From positions 1 through 47,739 of the IMG/VR virus record IMGVR_UViG_3300023171_000019: a stretch of 47,739 bases of DNA; one strand, given 5' to 3'. The notes under the pieces are model-generated. The model did no database searches. It saw only the letters and a program-made list of their open reading frames with translations, and was not told where the DNA came from. The stretch's first letter is position 1. Each line of letters starts with the position of its first letter. Source of the DNA: a virus (Duplodnaviria; Caudoviricetes). The position numbers were made by a program, and so were the translations under genes. Positions 35,066 through 44,141 of this stretch are shown here, in pieces.

Positions 35066-37416
35066 ACTTTACCCGCGTACTTTCCCTCGACATTGAAACC
35101 CGGAGCGATAAGGATCTGCCGAACTGTGGAGTTTACAACTACGTAAACACGCCGACATTCAAGCTCCTGTGGCTCACGTACGCGTATGATTATGGCGAAC
35201 TTGTTACGATAGATCTTTGGCACAGTCCGTTACCTCAGCATATCATAGACGACCTGCAAGATCCAACAGTGTTAAAAGTAGCAGCAAATGCAACCTTTGA
35301 GCGTATCTGCTTCTCGCGCGTGCTGGGCGTTTACCTGCCTCCCGAGCAGTGGACTTGTACGCTTATACTGGCCGGTCGCAACGGTCTGCCTATGAACCTT
35401 GAAGGTGCAGCCCTGAGATCCGGTGCAGCAGCTCAGAAAGATAAGGAGGGTAAAACGCTTATGGATCTGTTTTCCATGCCTCAAAAGCCGACCAAGAAGA
35501 ACGCCGGCAAGATGTGGTTTGATCCTGAGCAGGACATGCAAAAGTGGTACGGCTATGGCAGTTACAACCGTCAGGACGTTGCGACAGAAACAGCCGTGCG
35601 CGTGATTACAAAGAACATTCCGGTATCACAGTTTGAGGATCGTCTTTACCACTTGGATCAGCGTATCAATGACAGAGGCGTACTGATCGACAGGCTTTTC
35701 GTACAGCAGGCTATCAGGCTTAATACGATGTTCACAGACCGGATCAAACAACAGGTTATCGAAATCACTGGGATCAGAAACCCGAACAGCCGTAACCAGA
35801 TGCTCGAATGGATCAATCAGGAGACAGACGGGAATTACACTAAATTCGATAAAGAGGCTGTTAAAGCGATCCTCGGTAATGCGCCTGAGCCTATCGTGCA
35901 GCAAGTGCTTGAAGCCCGGCAGCAGATTAGTCTTGCCAGTCTTGCAAAATACAAAAAGATGGAGTCCTATGCTGGTGCGGACAGCCGTGCTCGTGGAACG
36001 CTCCAAATGTACGGCGCTATGCGTACGGGTAGATGGGCCGGTCGTGGCATTCAGCTGCATAACCTGACAAAACATACCGTATCGCCTGCTAAACTTGACG
36101 AGTTCCGGGCACTGATCCGGGCCGGAGATATGAACGGTCTGGCCGCTGCAAACGACGGTAATCTGCCAGACGCTTTATCACAGTGCGTGCGGACCTCGTT
36201 TATCGCTAAGCCCGGACATCAGTTTATGGTTTCTGATTATTCAGCTATCGAAGCCCGTGTGCTGGCGTGGATCGCTGGCGAACAATGGCGTCTTGACTTT
36301 TTCCATACAGACGGTGATATTTACATAGAATCAGCAGCTCGTATGTTCAAAGTTGATCCGCGCTCGATCGACAAGAAAAACCCGTTGCGCCAGAACGGCA
36401 AGGTAGCTGAGCTGGCTTGTGTGTCTGGAGAAGCTTTAGTTTGCACAAAGCAGGATGGATGGATCAAACTTAAAGAGTTGAAATATAGGCACACAGTCTG
36501 GGACGGGTTAGATTATGTGAAGCACGACGGGTTAATCAATCGGGGCTATCGAAGAGTGATAAGAATTAACGGGGTCGATCTGACGCCAGATCACGAGGTT
36601 TTAACTGTTTACGATAAATGGGTTGAAGCTCAGCATTGTGAGTATCTTATATCGGATAGAGGCGATACTATTCGAGCTTTTAGCAAGATTGATAAAAATC
36701 ACAGCCAAAAAGTTTACGACATTGCAAATTGCGGGGACCTTAATCGTTTTGTTGTTAGAGAGCGTGGTTACTCACCCTTCATTGTACACAACTGTGGCTA
36801 TGGCGGCGGTAAAGGGGCTATGTACAAGATGGACAAGAAGAAAAGCATACCGGAAAACGACTATGCTAATATCGTCCGGGCCTGGCGTAATGAGAACCCG
36901 GCTATCGTGCAGTTCTGGGCCGACGTAGAGGACGCAGCTTTGCGAGCTATCGTTTCTCCAGACAGATTCGTCGTAGCTGGCAAGACAGGTAAGGTCTCGT
37001 TCTACTACAAGCAATCAACCGGAAATCTTCATTGCATCCTGCCTTCTGGCCGCTGGCTGACCTACGTACGTGCACGTATCGTGATGGGTAAGTTCGGTAA
37101 TCCTGCGATTCAGTATGAGGGCGTGGGCGATCAAGGTAAGTGGTCTCTGCTGGATACCTACGGCGGTAAGTTTGTCGAGAACATTGTACAGGCAATCTCC
37201 CGCGATATACTGGCTACGGGTATGTTCCACTTAGACCGAAACTTGTTTGATATCGTGCTGCATGTGCATGACGAAACTGTGTCAGAAGAGCCGATCAATG
37301 GCCGGAGCCTTGAAGAGGTTAACCATTTAATGTGTATTAAAGCTCCTTGGTATGCAGACTTACCTTTAGAAGCTGACGGATTTATTTCACCTTACTATAA
37401 AAAAGACGACAAATGA
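35062..37416 (+). CDS. polA: DNA polymerase family A (with intein)
   Basis: Exo I LDIET, Exo II NATFER, Exo III YNRQDV, RTGRWAG, motif A SDYSAIEARVLAW, motif B RQNGKVAELA|CGYGGG, motif C HVHDE. Confidence 0.95.
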   Translation: MNFTRVLSLDIETRSDKDLPNCGVYNYVNTPTFKLLWLTYAYDYGELVTIDLWHSPLPQHIIDDLQDPTVLKVAANATFERICFSRVLGVYLPPEQWTCTLILAGRNGLPMNLEGAALRSGAAAQKDKEGKTLMDLFSMPQKPTKKNAGKMWFDPEQDMQKWYGYGSYNRQDVATETAVRVITKNIPVSQFEDRLYHLDQRINDRGVLIDRLFVQQAIRLNTMFTDRIKQQVIEITGIRNPNSRNQMLEWINQETDGNYTKFDKEAVKAILGNAPEPIVQQVLEARQQISLASLAKYKKMESYAGADSRARGTLQMYGAMRTGRWAGRGIQLHNLTKHTVSPAKLDEFRALIRAGDMNGLAAANDGNLPDALSQCVRTSFIAKPGHQFMVSDYSAIEARVLAWIAGEQWRLDFFHTDGDIYIESAARMFKVDPRSIDKKNPLRQNGKVAELACVSGEALVCTKQDGWIKLKELKYRHTVWDGLDYVKHDGLINRGYRRVIRINGVDLTPDHEVLTVYDKWVEAQHCEYLISDRGDTIRAFSKIDKNHSQKVYDIANCGDLNRFVVRERGYSPFIVHNCGYGGGKGAMYKMDKKKSIPENDYANIVRAWRNENPAIVQFWADVEDAALRAIVSPDRFVVAGKTGKVSFYYKQSTGNLHCILPSGRWLTYVRARIVMGKFGNPAIQYEGVGDQGKWSLLDTYGGKFVENIVQAISRDILATGMFHLDRNLFDIVLHVHDETVSEEPINGRSLEEVNHLMCIKAPWYADLPLEADGFISPYYKKDDK
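36418..36792 (+). mobile_element. Mini-intein (125 aa) in PolA motif B
   Basis: Starts C(VSGEALV), block B LTPDHEVL, block F KVYDIAN, ends IVHN followed by +1 Cys; no endonuclease domain. Confidence 0.93.
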
Positions 37417-37823
37417 TAAAACTAGACGAGATGCCCGAGGGCTATAAATATTGCGCATTCTGCAAAGGTGAAGGCGAGTATAAGCTAAATTCAGTCACGA
37501 TAGAAATATGCCCTTATTGTGAAGCTACCGGAATAGTTCCTGATTTTACTGAAAAACCTTCGATTAACGACGAAGCTCGCGAACGTTCGATAAAAGTCAA
37601 TCAGGCTTTAGAGCTTATTAAAAATGAGTTCTACGAAGCAAAAATCGGACACCCTGAAAAATATGTTAATCAACACGAAGCTTACGCAGTTATTCTTGAA
37701 GAACTTGACGAGCTTTGGGTTGAGATTAAAAAGAAACAGGTTAATTATGATTTACCAGCTCAGAGAAAAGAAGCTGCTCAAACAGCTGCTATGCTCCTGC
37801 GCTTAATAGTTGAATTGTTATGA
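37413..37823 (+). CDS. Zinc-ribbon plus MazG-like all-alpha NTP pyrophosphatase domain protein
   Basis: CAFCKGEG...CPYCEATG; HEAYAVILEELDELW...RKEAAQTAAM. Confidence 0.65.
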   Translation: MIKLDEMPEGYKYCAFCKGEGEYKLNSVTIEICPYCEATGIVPDFTEKPSINDEARERSIKVNQALELIKNEFYEAKIGHPEKYVNQHEAYAVILEELDELWVEIKKKQVNYDLPAQRKEAAQTAAMLLRLIVELL

Positions 37824-38506
37824 CAAAAATCACTGACGGCGACACGTTCGCTGAATTCTTCCCGAAAGTAGACCCGGAGGACTTTCACAAGTACCTTGAA
37901 GCAGCTGACAAGGTTGCAGATCTCCGAGTGCGCCCTGAGCGTATGGCGCTGTTCCTCGCTAATGTAGCGCACGAGAGCGCGTTCCTTACAAAGTTGGAAG
38001 AGAACATGAACTACTCAGCTACCCGGCTCGCTCAGGTGTGGCCGAACAGGTTCCAGGTTGTGGGTAAAAAGGGCTTACCGAACACATTAGCCCGGCAGAT
38101 GGCCCATAAGCCGCAGCTGCTCGCAAACCATGTGTACGGCGATAGAATGGGTAACGGTCCTGCCACATCCGGGGACGGCTGGCGCTTTCGCGGTCGTGGC
38201 GCTGGCGGTCTGACGGGCCGGTCTATGTATGCGAAAGTAAGTAAGGTATTGGGGCTGGGCGATCTACTGTTAAGAGAGCCGGATCTTGTTGCTACACCTG
38301 AGTACGCACTGCTGACTTTCGCGGCCTGGTGGGTTATCAACGACATGAACCGTTTTGCCGACGATATCGCGCGTAAGGTCTTGACCAAGGACCCGAAAAC
38401 CGGTAAAGTCGTGTACGATCCGATGCTCGCCGGGCGCAGGAAAGTAAACGGCGGTTTGAACGGGATTAAGGAGGTAAAAAAATTATTTCAGATTTTTATG
38501 AATTAA
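37820..38506 (+). CDS. Endolysin, glycoside hydrolase family 19
   Basis: FLANVAHES, LEENMNYS, ANHVYGDRMGNG, GDGWRFRGRG, LTGRSMY, VNGGLNG. Confidence 0.92.
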   Translation: MTKITDGDTFAEFFPKVDPEDFHKYLEAADKVADLRVRPERMALFLANVAHESAFLTKLEENMNYSATRLAQVWPNRFQVVGKKGLPNTLARQMAHKPQLLANHVYGDRMGNGPATSGDGWRFRGRGAGGLTGRSMYAKVSKVLGLGDLLLREPDLVATPEYALLTFAAWWVINDMNRFADDIARKVLTKDPKTGKVVYDPMLAGRRKVNGGLNGIKEVKKLFQIFMN

Positions 38507-38564
38507 GTTTGCTTATAAACTAATTATATATTTACTTTGACACATCATTTAAACAAAGAATGTT

Positions 38565-38906
38565 ATGTCAGAGAAAGCACTTCCTGAATCCGAGAGCGTC
38601 GAGACTAAATTCGGGACCGTAGAGGTCTCTAAGTTTACCGATCCTCTCGGATATCTTATTAAATTCACACCTACGGGCGGTAAGCTGTCACACACCCTTG
38701 ACGTAGGATCTGCTCAGATTACTGAGCTCGAAGAAGCTGAGCAGCTTGAGTTCCACTTCACAGAATCGTTTCGTATGGCTGACGCACCCTTCGACTTCCG
38801 CGTCTCTAACTCTGCTCAGGCTGAGATTTTAGACGAGCTTAAAAAGCTTTGTACCGGCACAAGCCACTTGTATGTTATCAACAAGCTTAAAGGTATTCCA
38901 CGCTGA
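38565..38906 (+). CDS. Hypothetical protein
   Basis: 113-aa ORF with AT-rich leader. Confidence 0.7.
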   Translation: MSEKALPESESVETKFGTVEVSKFTDPLGYLIKFTPTGGKLSHTLDVGSAQITELEEAEQLEFHFTESFRMADAPFDFRVSNSAQAEILDELKKLCTGTSHLYVINKLKGIPR

Positions 38907-38908
38907 TC

Positions 38909-39298
38909 ATGGCTAAATTAGAATACACCTACCAGACTGAGCAAGGTGAAGTGCTGGCTATGTTACGAGACCCAGGGTTTTTCGACGCGAACATAAGAAA
39001 CCGAATGGTGCATAAAGTCGGTATTTACGCAGCTGATAATAAAATCCAAGTCGAAGAGCTTAAATATCCTGAGACCTTAACACCGTCGCTAGAAAGAGCA
39101 AAAACCATTGTAGAACGTTACGGGCCTCAGCTACTCACTAAACGTGATTGTCCTCAGTACAAAGCTGAGTTAATCGCATTTTCGCCGGAAGAGTTCCGAC
39201 AGATTATGATTACTCTGGAAAATATTAAAATACCGTATCGAGATACTGACTGGTACAAAAATTACCTGAGGTTAAAAGCACTTTTAAACGCTGAATAA
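38909..39298 (+). CDS. Hypothetical protein
   Basis: 129 aa, tightly packed in the operon. Confidence 0.7.
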   Translation: MAKLEYTYQTEQGEVLAMLRDPGFFDANIRNRMVHKVGIYAADNKIQVEELKYPETLTPSLERAKTIVERYGPQLLTKRDCPQYKAELIAFSPEEFRQIMITLENIKIPYRDTDWYKNYLRLKALLNAE

Positions 39299-39299
39299 G

Positions 39300-39605
39300 A
39301 TGCACCTTCAATCGCCCGACGAACTTTATTTTCTGCCAGGCTCTATGTATCCTGTGAAAACGAAAATACCTGTTAAGTTTGAAATACCTAAGGTTCTCAA
39401 CAGAAAAATGCGCATCGTATACCAGCCTAACCCAGGCATGCCGTTCTCAGAAAAGCGCAGATTTGCAGTAGGAGCTTACTCGCTCAGCAAGTACGTGGGC
39501 GAGGATAACGCGAAAACAGCTATACAGCGAGCGATCAGCAGCCTTGACGACAAATACACGGTGCGACTGAGAAAACACGGCAGAATTGATTTTTACTTTA
39601 AATAA
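39300..39605 (+). CDS. Hypothetical basic protein
   Basis: 101 aa, tightly packed in the operon. Confidence 0.7.
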   Translation: MHLQSPDELYFLPGSMYPVKTKIPVKFEIPKVLNRKMRIVYQPNPGMPFSEKRRFAVGAYSLSKYVGEDNAKTAIQRAISSLDDKYTVRLRKHGRIDFYFK

Positions 39606-39631
39606 CTATAACCTCTTAAACAATTTCAATC

Positions 39632-40441
39632 ATGCTTTTCAACGAAATAGGATTATTCTACACGCTTTTACTGGCAGCTTTCCTTTTAGGCGTTCTTACA
39701 ATTTCAATGAACTGGTGGCGAGCTATGCAACGTCGCAAGGGACATTCAAAAGCTCCTGTGGCTCAGCCGGAAGAGTTCGAATACAAGAAATGGGCTGACC
39801 AGCAGCGCGAACGTCTCAGTGCTACGAGCGTCCTAAAAGCTACCTCTACTCACCCTCACAACCCTACTGCATGGCCTGTCAAGACTCTGGAACAGCAGAA
39901 GCCGTTCTACCCGAATGATGAAGAGCTGCCGGAGCTAATCGCTAAGTGGCGCGAGGGAGCCCATAAGATGAAAGAATACAAGATTAGCACCCCCACTGTT
40001 AGCCCTCTTGTTCTAGATGCAGTAACAGGGGTCCCTGTAGAGTTCATAGGCTGTCCGAACACTCCTGAAACTTGGGCTGCTATACGAGCCCGTTTAGAGG
40101 AGGCCGAAACATATTCTAAATCGAAAGAATATAAGCAAAGCACTCCATCGATAAAGCCGATTCTAAAAGACGCTACTATTTACGTGCCTTATAAAGCTCC
40201 TGAGGAGAGCCTTTACATCCCGCCGAGTCCCTGGGTCGGTGAAGCTCCCGGACCCGGAACAACTGAGCATCAACCAGCACAGGATCAACCGGGCAATCAC
40301 TACGAAAACGTAGATTACGGGGGTTCAGGAGCTTTCAGCGGGAGCGGCGCAGGTAGCTCTTACGACGACAGCAGCTCTTCAAGCTCTGACAGTTCCAGTT
40401 ACGATAGCGGTAGTTCAGACTCTTCAAGCTCAACAGATTAA
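39632..40441 (+). CDS. Membrane-anchored protein with Gly/Ser/Asp low-complexity tail
   Basis: N-terminal transmembrane segment; C-terminus YGGSGAFSGSGAGSSYDDSSSSSSDSSSYDSGSSDSSSSTD. Confidence 0.7.
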   Translation: MLFNEIGLFYTLLLAAFLLGVLTISMNWWRAMQRRKGHSKAPVAQPEEFEYKKWADQQRERLSATSVLKATSTHPHNPTAWPVKTLEQQKPFYPNDEELPELIAKWREGAHKMKEYKISTPTVSPLVLDAVTGVPVEFIGCPNTPETWAAIRARLEEAETYSKSKEYKQSTPSIKPILKDATIYVPYKAPEESLYIPPSPWVGEAPGPGTTEHQPAQDQPGNHYENVDYGGSGAFSGSGAGSSYDDSSSSSSDSSSYDSGSSDSSSSTD

Positions 40442-40443
40442 CC

Positions 40444-40707
40444 ATGCACATAGGTAAAGCGTTACGCCGAATCCGGGAGCTTAAAGGACTCCCGATGAAA
40501 TACATCGCCTATAAAACTGGGGTAGGCTGCGAGGCTATCGGGTTCATGGAACGGAATTCAAAAGTTCCAAGGGCTCAGTCGATAGCTAAGATCGCCAAAG
40601 CCTTAGAGGTGTCAGTCACAGCCGTAGTTCTGCACGGTCTCGACGAGAAAGAAATACCTGCAGAGCATTTAGAGAATTTTAGAAACCTTAAACGAGATAT
40701 ATTGTAA
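40444..40707 (+). CDS. XRE-family HTH transcriptional regulator
   Basis: IGKALRRIRELKGL...IAYKTGV...IGFMERN...IAKALEVS. Confidence 0.88.
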   Translation: MHIGKALRRIRELKGLPMKYIAYKTGVGCEAIGFMERNSKVPRAQSIAKIAKALEVSVTAVVLHGLDEKEIPAEHLENFRNLKRDIL

Positions 40708-42065
40708 TGGAAAAATTTAATGAAGGCGATGTAGTCAAGTACTTAAGAAACGGTAAGTTCTATAAGGTTTTCGAGGATCTGGGAGGCGAGACAGTTGCTG
40801 CGGATACAGGCATCTTAGGTATAAAAGTATTTTACCGGAAAGATTTAAGCTTATTAAGACCTGCAAAAATCTTTAAACCTGGCGATTTCGTTGAGTGGAA
40901 AGACGCTTCGGGAACGTCAGAATCTTTCACAGTATTAGTCGATAAAGGAGCGTCCTGGTCAGGTGTACTTCTTGAACGCGCTGACGGCTCGGAGTGCGTC
41001 AGAGAGCGTAAGTACCTGACATTATTAAAAGCTGCTGAACCTGTCAAAGCGTTCAAGCGTGGCGACCTGGTATCCCGTAAATATGACGACGGTGTGACTG
41101 TACCGTATAAGGTATTAAAAGACACTGGCGGGGGTTATGTACAGCTTCAAGACGCAGGCGGCAATGTTGTAGCGAGAAAACGAAAGCACTTAGAGCCTGT
41201 TAAAACACCTCTGAGCGCTATAAAAGTTATGACGTGTGATAGCATGCCCTTTAACTCTGCTTTCTTTATGAACACTTCCGCTTTACCTCCTCTGGCTGAA
41301 ATGATTTGCAAGGAGCTTAAAAGAAGAGAGCAGGCAGCTTCTGAATCTAGCAAGCTTATTAACTCTGTTTTAGGACAAGCACGAGAAGCTCGGACAGCTG
41401 AACTGACTAAACAAGACCCGGATAACTGGTCGAATGATCCTCGAAACCCTAAAAACTGGCCGGAGATTTACAAAGCATATCCAAAAGGGAAAATTATTAA
41501 ATACGGAGATTTATACGGTAAGGTAGTTTACGATGCCGGAAAGCGGTACAATCATGTTGATTTTGTTTTTGATGGGTCAACAGAAACTTCTAGGAAGCGT
41601 AAATCTGAACTGATCTTCGGCGATTGGGTTCAGGAGCCGTATGTTGTAGGCGCTAAGTTTGTTTCAGACTTCGATCTTGAACTTATAGCGATTGAAAAAG
41701 AGCGCAAAGCTCAGACAGCTGAAAAAGTTGTAGAATCCCCCACGGTTACTAAAACCGAACAGGCCGACCGCTACAACACCGGTAAACTTGACTGGTCTTT
41801 GGTAGATTTCGAAGCGCTTCAACCTATGGTGCGCGTGTTAATGAAAGGCGCCGAAAAGTACAGCCCGGACAACTGGAAGCGCGGCCTACCTATGAAAGAC
41901 ATGTTCTCCAGTCTTATGCGGCACATGGTAGCCTTCATGTCAGGGCAGGACAACGACGCAGAGACCGGCGAGTCTCATTTAGGCCACGCGCTTTGTAATC
42001 TTATGTTCATGTCATGGATGCTGGCTAACAAGCCTGAATTCGATAACCGTAAAGAGAAGAAATGA
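40707..42065 (+). CDS. Repeat-domain protein with C-terminal dATP/dGTP diphosphohydrolase (DUF5664-like) domain
   Basis: RYNTGKLDWSLV, GAEKYSPDNWKRG, SLMRH, DAETGESHLGHALCN; N-terminal F..GD.V repeats. Confidence 0.85.
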   Translation: MEKFNEGDVVKYLRNGKFYKVFEDLGGETVAADTGILGIKVFYRKDLSLLRPAKIFKPGDFVEWKDASGTSESFTVLVDKGASWSGVLLERADGSECVRERKYLTLLKAAEPVKAFKRGDLVSRKYDDGVTVPYKVLKDTGGGYVQLQDAGGNVVARKRKHLEPVKTPLSAIKVMTCDSMPFNSAFFMNTSALPPLAEMICKELKRREQAASESSKLINSVLGQAREARTAELTKQDPDNWSNDPRNPKNWPEIYKAYPKGKIIKYGDLYGKVVYDAGKRYNHVDFVFDGSTETSRKRKSELIFGDWVQEPYVVGAKFVSDFDLELIAIEKERKAQTAEKVVESPTVTKTEQADRYNTGKLDWSLVDFEALQPMVRVLMKGAEKYSPDNWKRGLPMKDMFSSLMRHMVAFMSGQDNDAETGESHLGHALCNLMFMSWMLANKPEFDNRKEKK

Positions 42066-42247
42066 AAGCGATATACCTGCTCGGGTTCATATTCTCAATA
42101 CTTTCAGTGTTCTTAAACGCTGTCGTATTCGGAGGCTACCTATACACAGAAGGCTTGTTTAAACCGCAAGCTTTCGCAAATATCCTGGTCTCAGGAGCGC
42201 TCACTATCTGGTACATCTCCAAAATAAAAATTAAGAAGTCAAAATGA
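42062..42247 (+). CDS. Small two-helix membrane protein
   Basis: 61 aa, two hydrophobic segments and a basic tail. Confidence 0.65.
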   Translation: MKAIYLLGFIFSILSVFLNAVVFGGYLYTEGLFKPQAFANILVSGALTIWYISKIKIKKSK

Positions 42248-43131
42248 AAGCACCTAAGAAACCTCAGGACCGGTTTACCCGTACCTGGATTATAGAAAAC
42301 GCGGTTAAGATTATACGCCAATACAACCCCGGAGATCTTACAATCCGTGCCCTGCATTACCAGCTCGTGGGTATCGGTATGACAAATACCATGCAGCATT
42401 ACAAAAGAGTCGTGGCCGCTATGGAGGTCGCACGCTGGGACGGCCAAGTCGATTTTGAAGCTTTCTCAGATCTCGATCGTGCAATGGTCGGACGTACAAA
42501 AGCCGATCACACAGAAGTTGAGGAAGAAATCAGCACTGCTAAGCGCCAGATACAGGCGTGGATGACTAACTACGGAAAGAATCGCTGGGAGAACCAGCCT
42601 TACTACGCTGAGCTGTTCATCGAAAAGAAAGCGCTCCAAAATGTTTTCCAGGATATGTGTTACAATAACGATATCGCTTTGGGAGCTGTTAAAGGATACC
42701 CCTCGCTTACATTCCTGCATGAAACAGCTGAGCGGCTTAAAAACAGGGAAGAAGAGGGTAAACGATGTGTGATCTTGTACTTTGGTGATTACGATCCCTC
42801 AGGCGAAGATATTCCCCGGTCTATCGAAGCTAACTTACAGCGTATGGGTTGCGAGGTCGAGGTGCGCCGCTTCGCGTTGTTCGAATCCCAGGTGCTCGAA
42901 TGGAAACTACCGCCAGCACCGGCCAAAGAAACCGACAGTCGTACCGCTAACTGGGACGGACTGGGCCAGGTGGAGCTTGATGCTGTACGCCCTGAACAGC
43001 TTAAACGTATGGCTCAGGACGCTATTAACACTGTGTTTGATCAAGATCTCTACGACGAGCTTTTGGATCAGGAAGAAGAGGAGAGACAGATTTATCGTAA
43101 AGAACTTAAAGAGTACGCAACTGGATTATGA
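42244..43131 (+). CDS. Toprim-domain protein, Topo VI-A/Spo11-like
   Basis: TIRALHYQLV, FIEKKAL, KGYPSLTF, ILYFGDYDPSGEDI, ELDA. Confidence 0.75.
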   Translation: MKAPKKPQDRFTRTWIIENAVKIIRQYNPGDLTIRALHYQLVGIGMTNTMQHYKRVVAAMEVARWDGQVDFEAFSDLDRAMVGRTKADHTEVEEEISTAKRQIQAWMTNYGKNRWENQPYYAELFIEKKALQNVFQDMCYNNDIALGAVKGYPSLTFLHETAERLKNREEEGKRCVILYFGDYDPSGEDIPRSIEANLQRMGCEVEVRRFALFESQVLEWKLPPAPAKETDSRTANWDGLGQVELDAVRPEQLKRMAQDAINTVFDQDLYDELLDQEEEERQIYRKELKEYATGL

Positions 43132-43397
43132 AAAAGACATTCATAGAATTATGTAAAGAAGTGGCTGCGGAAGATCCTGCGGCTTTAGAAAAAGCGCTTG
43201 CTAATTTCGGAACTGAAATGTTCGATTATGAGCAGAGAGTTTCAATCGAAGCTGCCAAACGATATGCCATGCAGGCCGTAGAAGCTGATAGAGATTTGTT
43301 AAAAAACGCACTGTACTCATGCTTTGCATCAGGTAAAGTTACAAAGGAAAAGCTCGAAAGTATTTGGTATAATCTGGATAAAAGTATTTTACCATGA
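43128..43397 (+). CDS. Hypothetical protein, paralog 1 of tandem triplet
   Basis: MKKTF...EAAKRYAMQAV. Confidence 0.7.
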   Translation: MKKTFIELCKEVAAEDPAALEKALANFGTEMFDYEQRVSIEAAKRYAMQAVEADRDLLKNALYSCFASGKVTKEKLESIWYNLDKSILP

Positions 43398-43636
43398 GAA
43401 AGACATTTGAAGAGTTATATCAGGAAGGGGCTGACCGTTTGTACGGCCTTGGATATACTACAGGCTCCGCAGAGTTTCAAAAAGTTAAAGAAGCTGCTGA
43501 GCGCTACGCTAAACAAGCCGTCCTTGAAGTCTTCGAGGAGATCGAAGCTGAAATGGCTCCTAAGTCTGAGGGCGAGGGAGCTATCGCAGGTGTTAAAGTT
43601 AAGTTCTACATTCACCGTAAACGCCAGGAGTTATGA
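43394..43636 (+). CDS. Hypothetical protein, paralog 2 of tandem triplet
   Basis: MRKTF...EAAERYAKQAV. Confidence 0.7.
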   Translation: MRKTFEELYQEGADRLYGLGYTTGSAEFQKVKEAAERYAKQAVLEVFEEIEAEMAPKSEGEGAIAGVKVKFYIHRKRQEL

Positions 43637-43947
43637 AAACATTCATTCGATTTTACTTCGATATTCAAATGGACGAGACAGATGGAGGGAGAAAGAAATT
43701 GGACTCTACCACCTCAGAAAAGCTCACTCAGTTTGCAGCTATTAAAGCTGCTGACGAATACGCGATGCAGGCTATTATAAACGAAAGATACGAGCTTATT
43801 ACGGCTCTTCGGGATTCAGTCAAAGCAAATCGCACTAATCCTGCTCAGGCGCTAGAGGATTTCTGTAATTTGTATCTTGATAAGCCTTATGAACTACCTG
43901 AAAAAGGTAGAATAGACTTTAAAAATCTTGATTATTTTAACATATGA
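43633..43947 (+). CDS. Hypothetical protein, paralog 3 of tandem triplet
   Basis: MKTF...KAADEYAMQAI. Confidence 0.7.
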   Translation: MKTFIRFYFDIQMDETDGGRKKLDSTTSEKLTQFAAIKAADEYAMQAIINERYELITALRDSVKANRTNPAQALEDFCNLYLDKPYELPEKGRIDFKNLDYFNI

Positions 43948-44141
43948 AAATATCCGATCTGCCTCCAAAGCTCAAAGAGCTTGCTGAGAAACGTAAAGCT
44001 GAATACGAAGCCGGGTTGCCTACATTAAACCTAATAGGCGTTGGTCTGGCCGGTGCATTCAATTGGTCTCGCACGCCCGAGGGCTTTTATTTCTGGGATA
44101 AAGTAAACAAAGATCCATCTAAAATCGAATACCCAAAATGA
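43944..44141 (+). CDS. Small hypothetical protein
   Basis: AFNWSRTPEGFYFW motif; ATGA-coupled. Confidence 0.65.
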   Translation: MKISDLPPKLKELAEKRKAEYEAGLPTLNLIGVGLAGAFNWSRTPEGFYFWDKVNKDPSKIEYPK

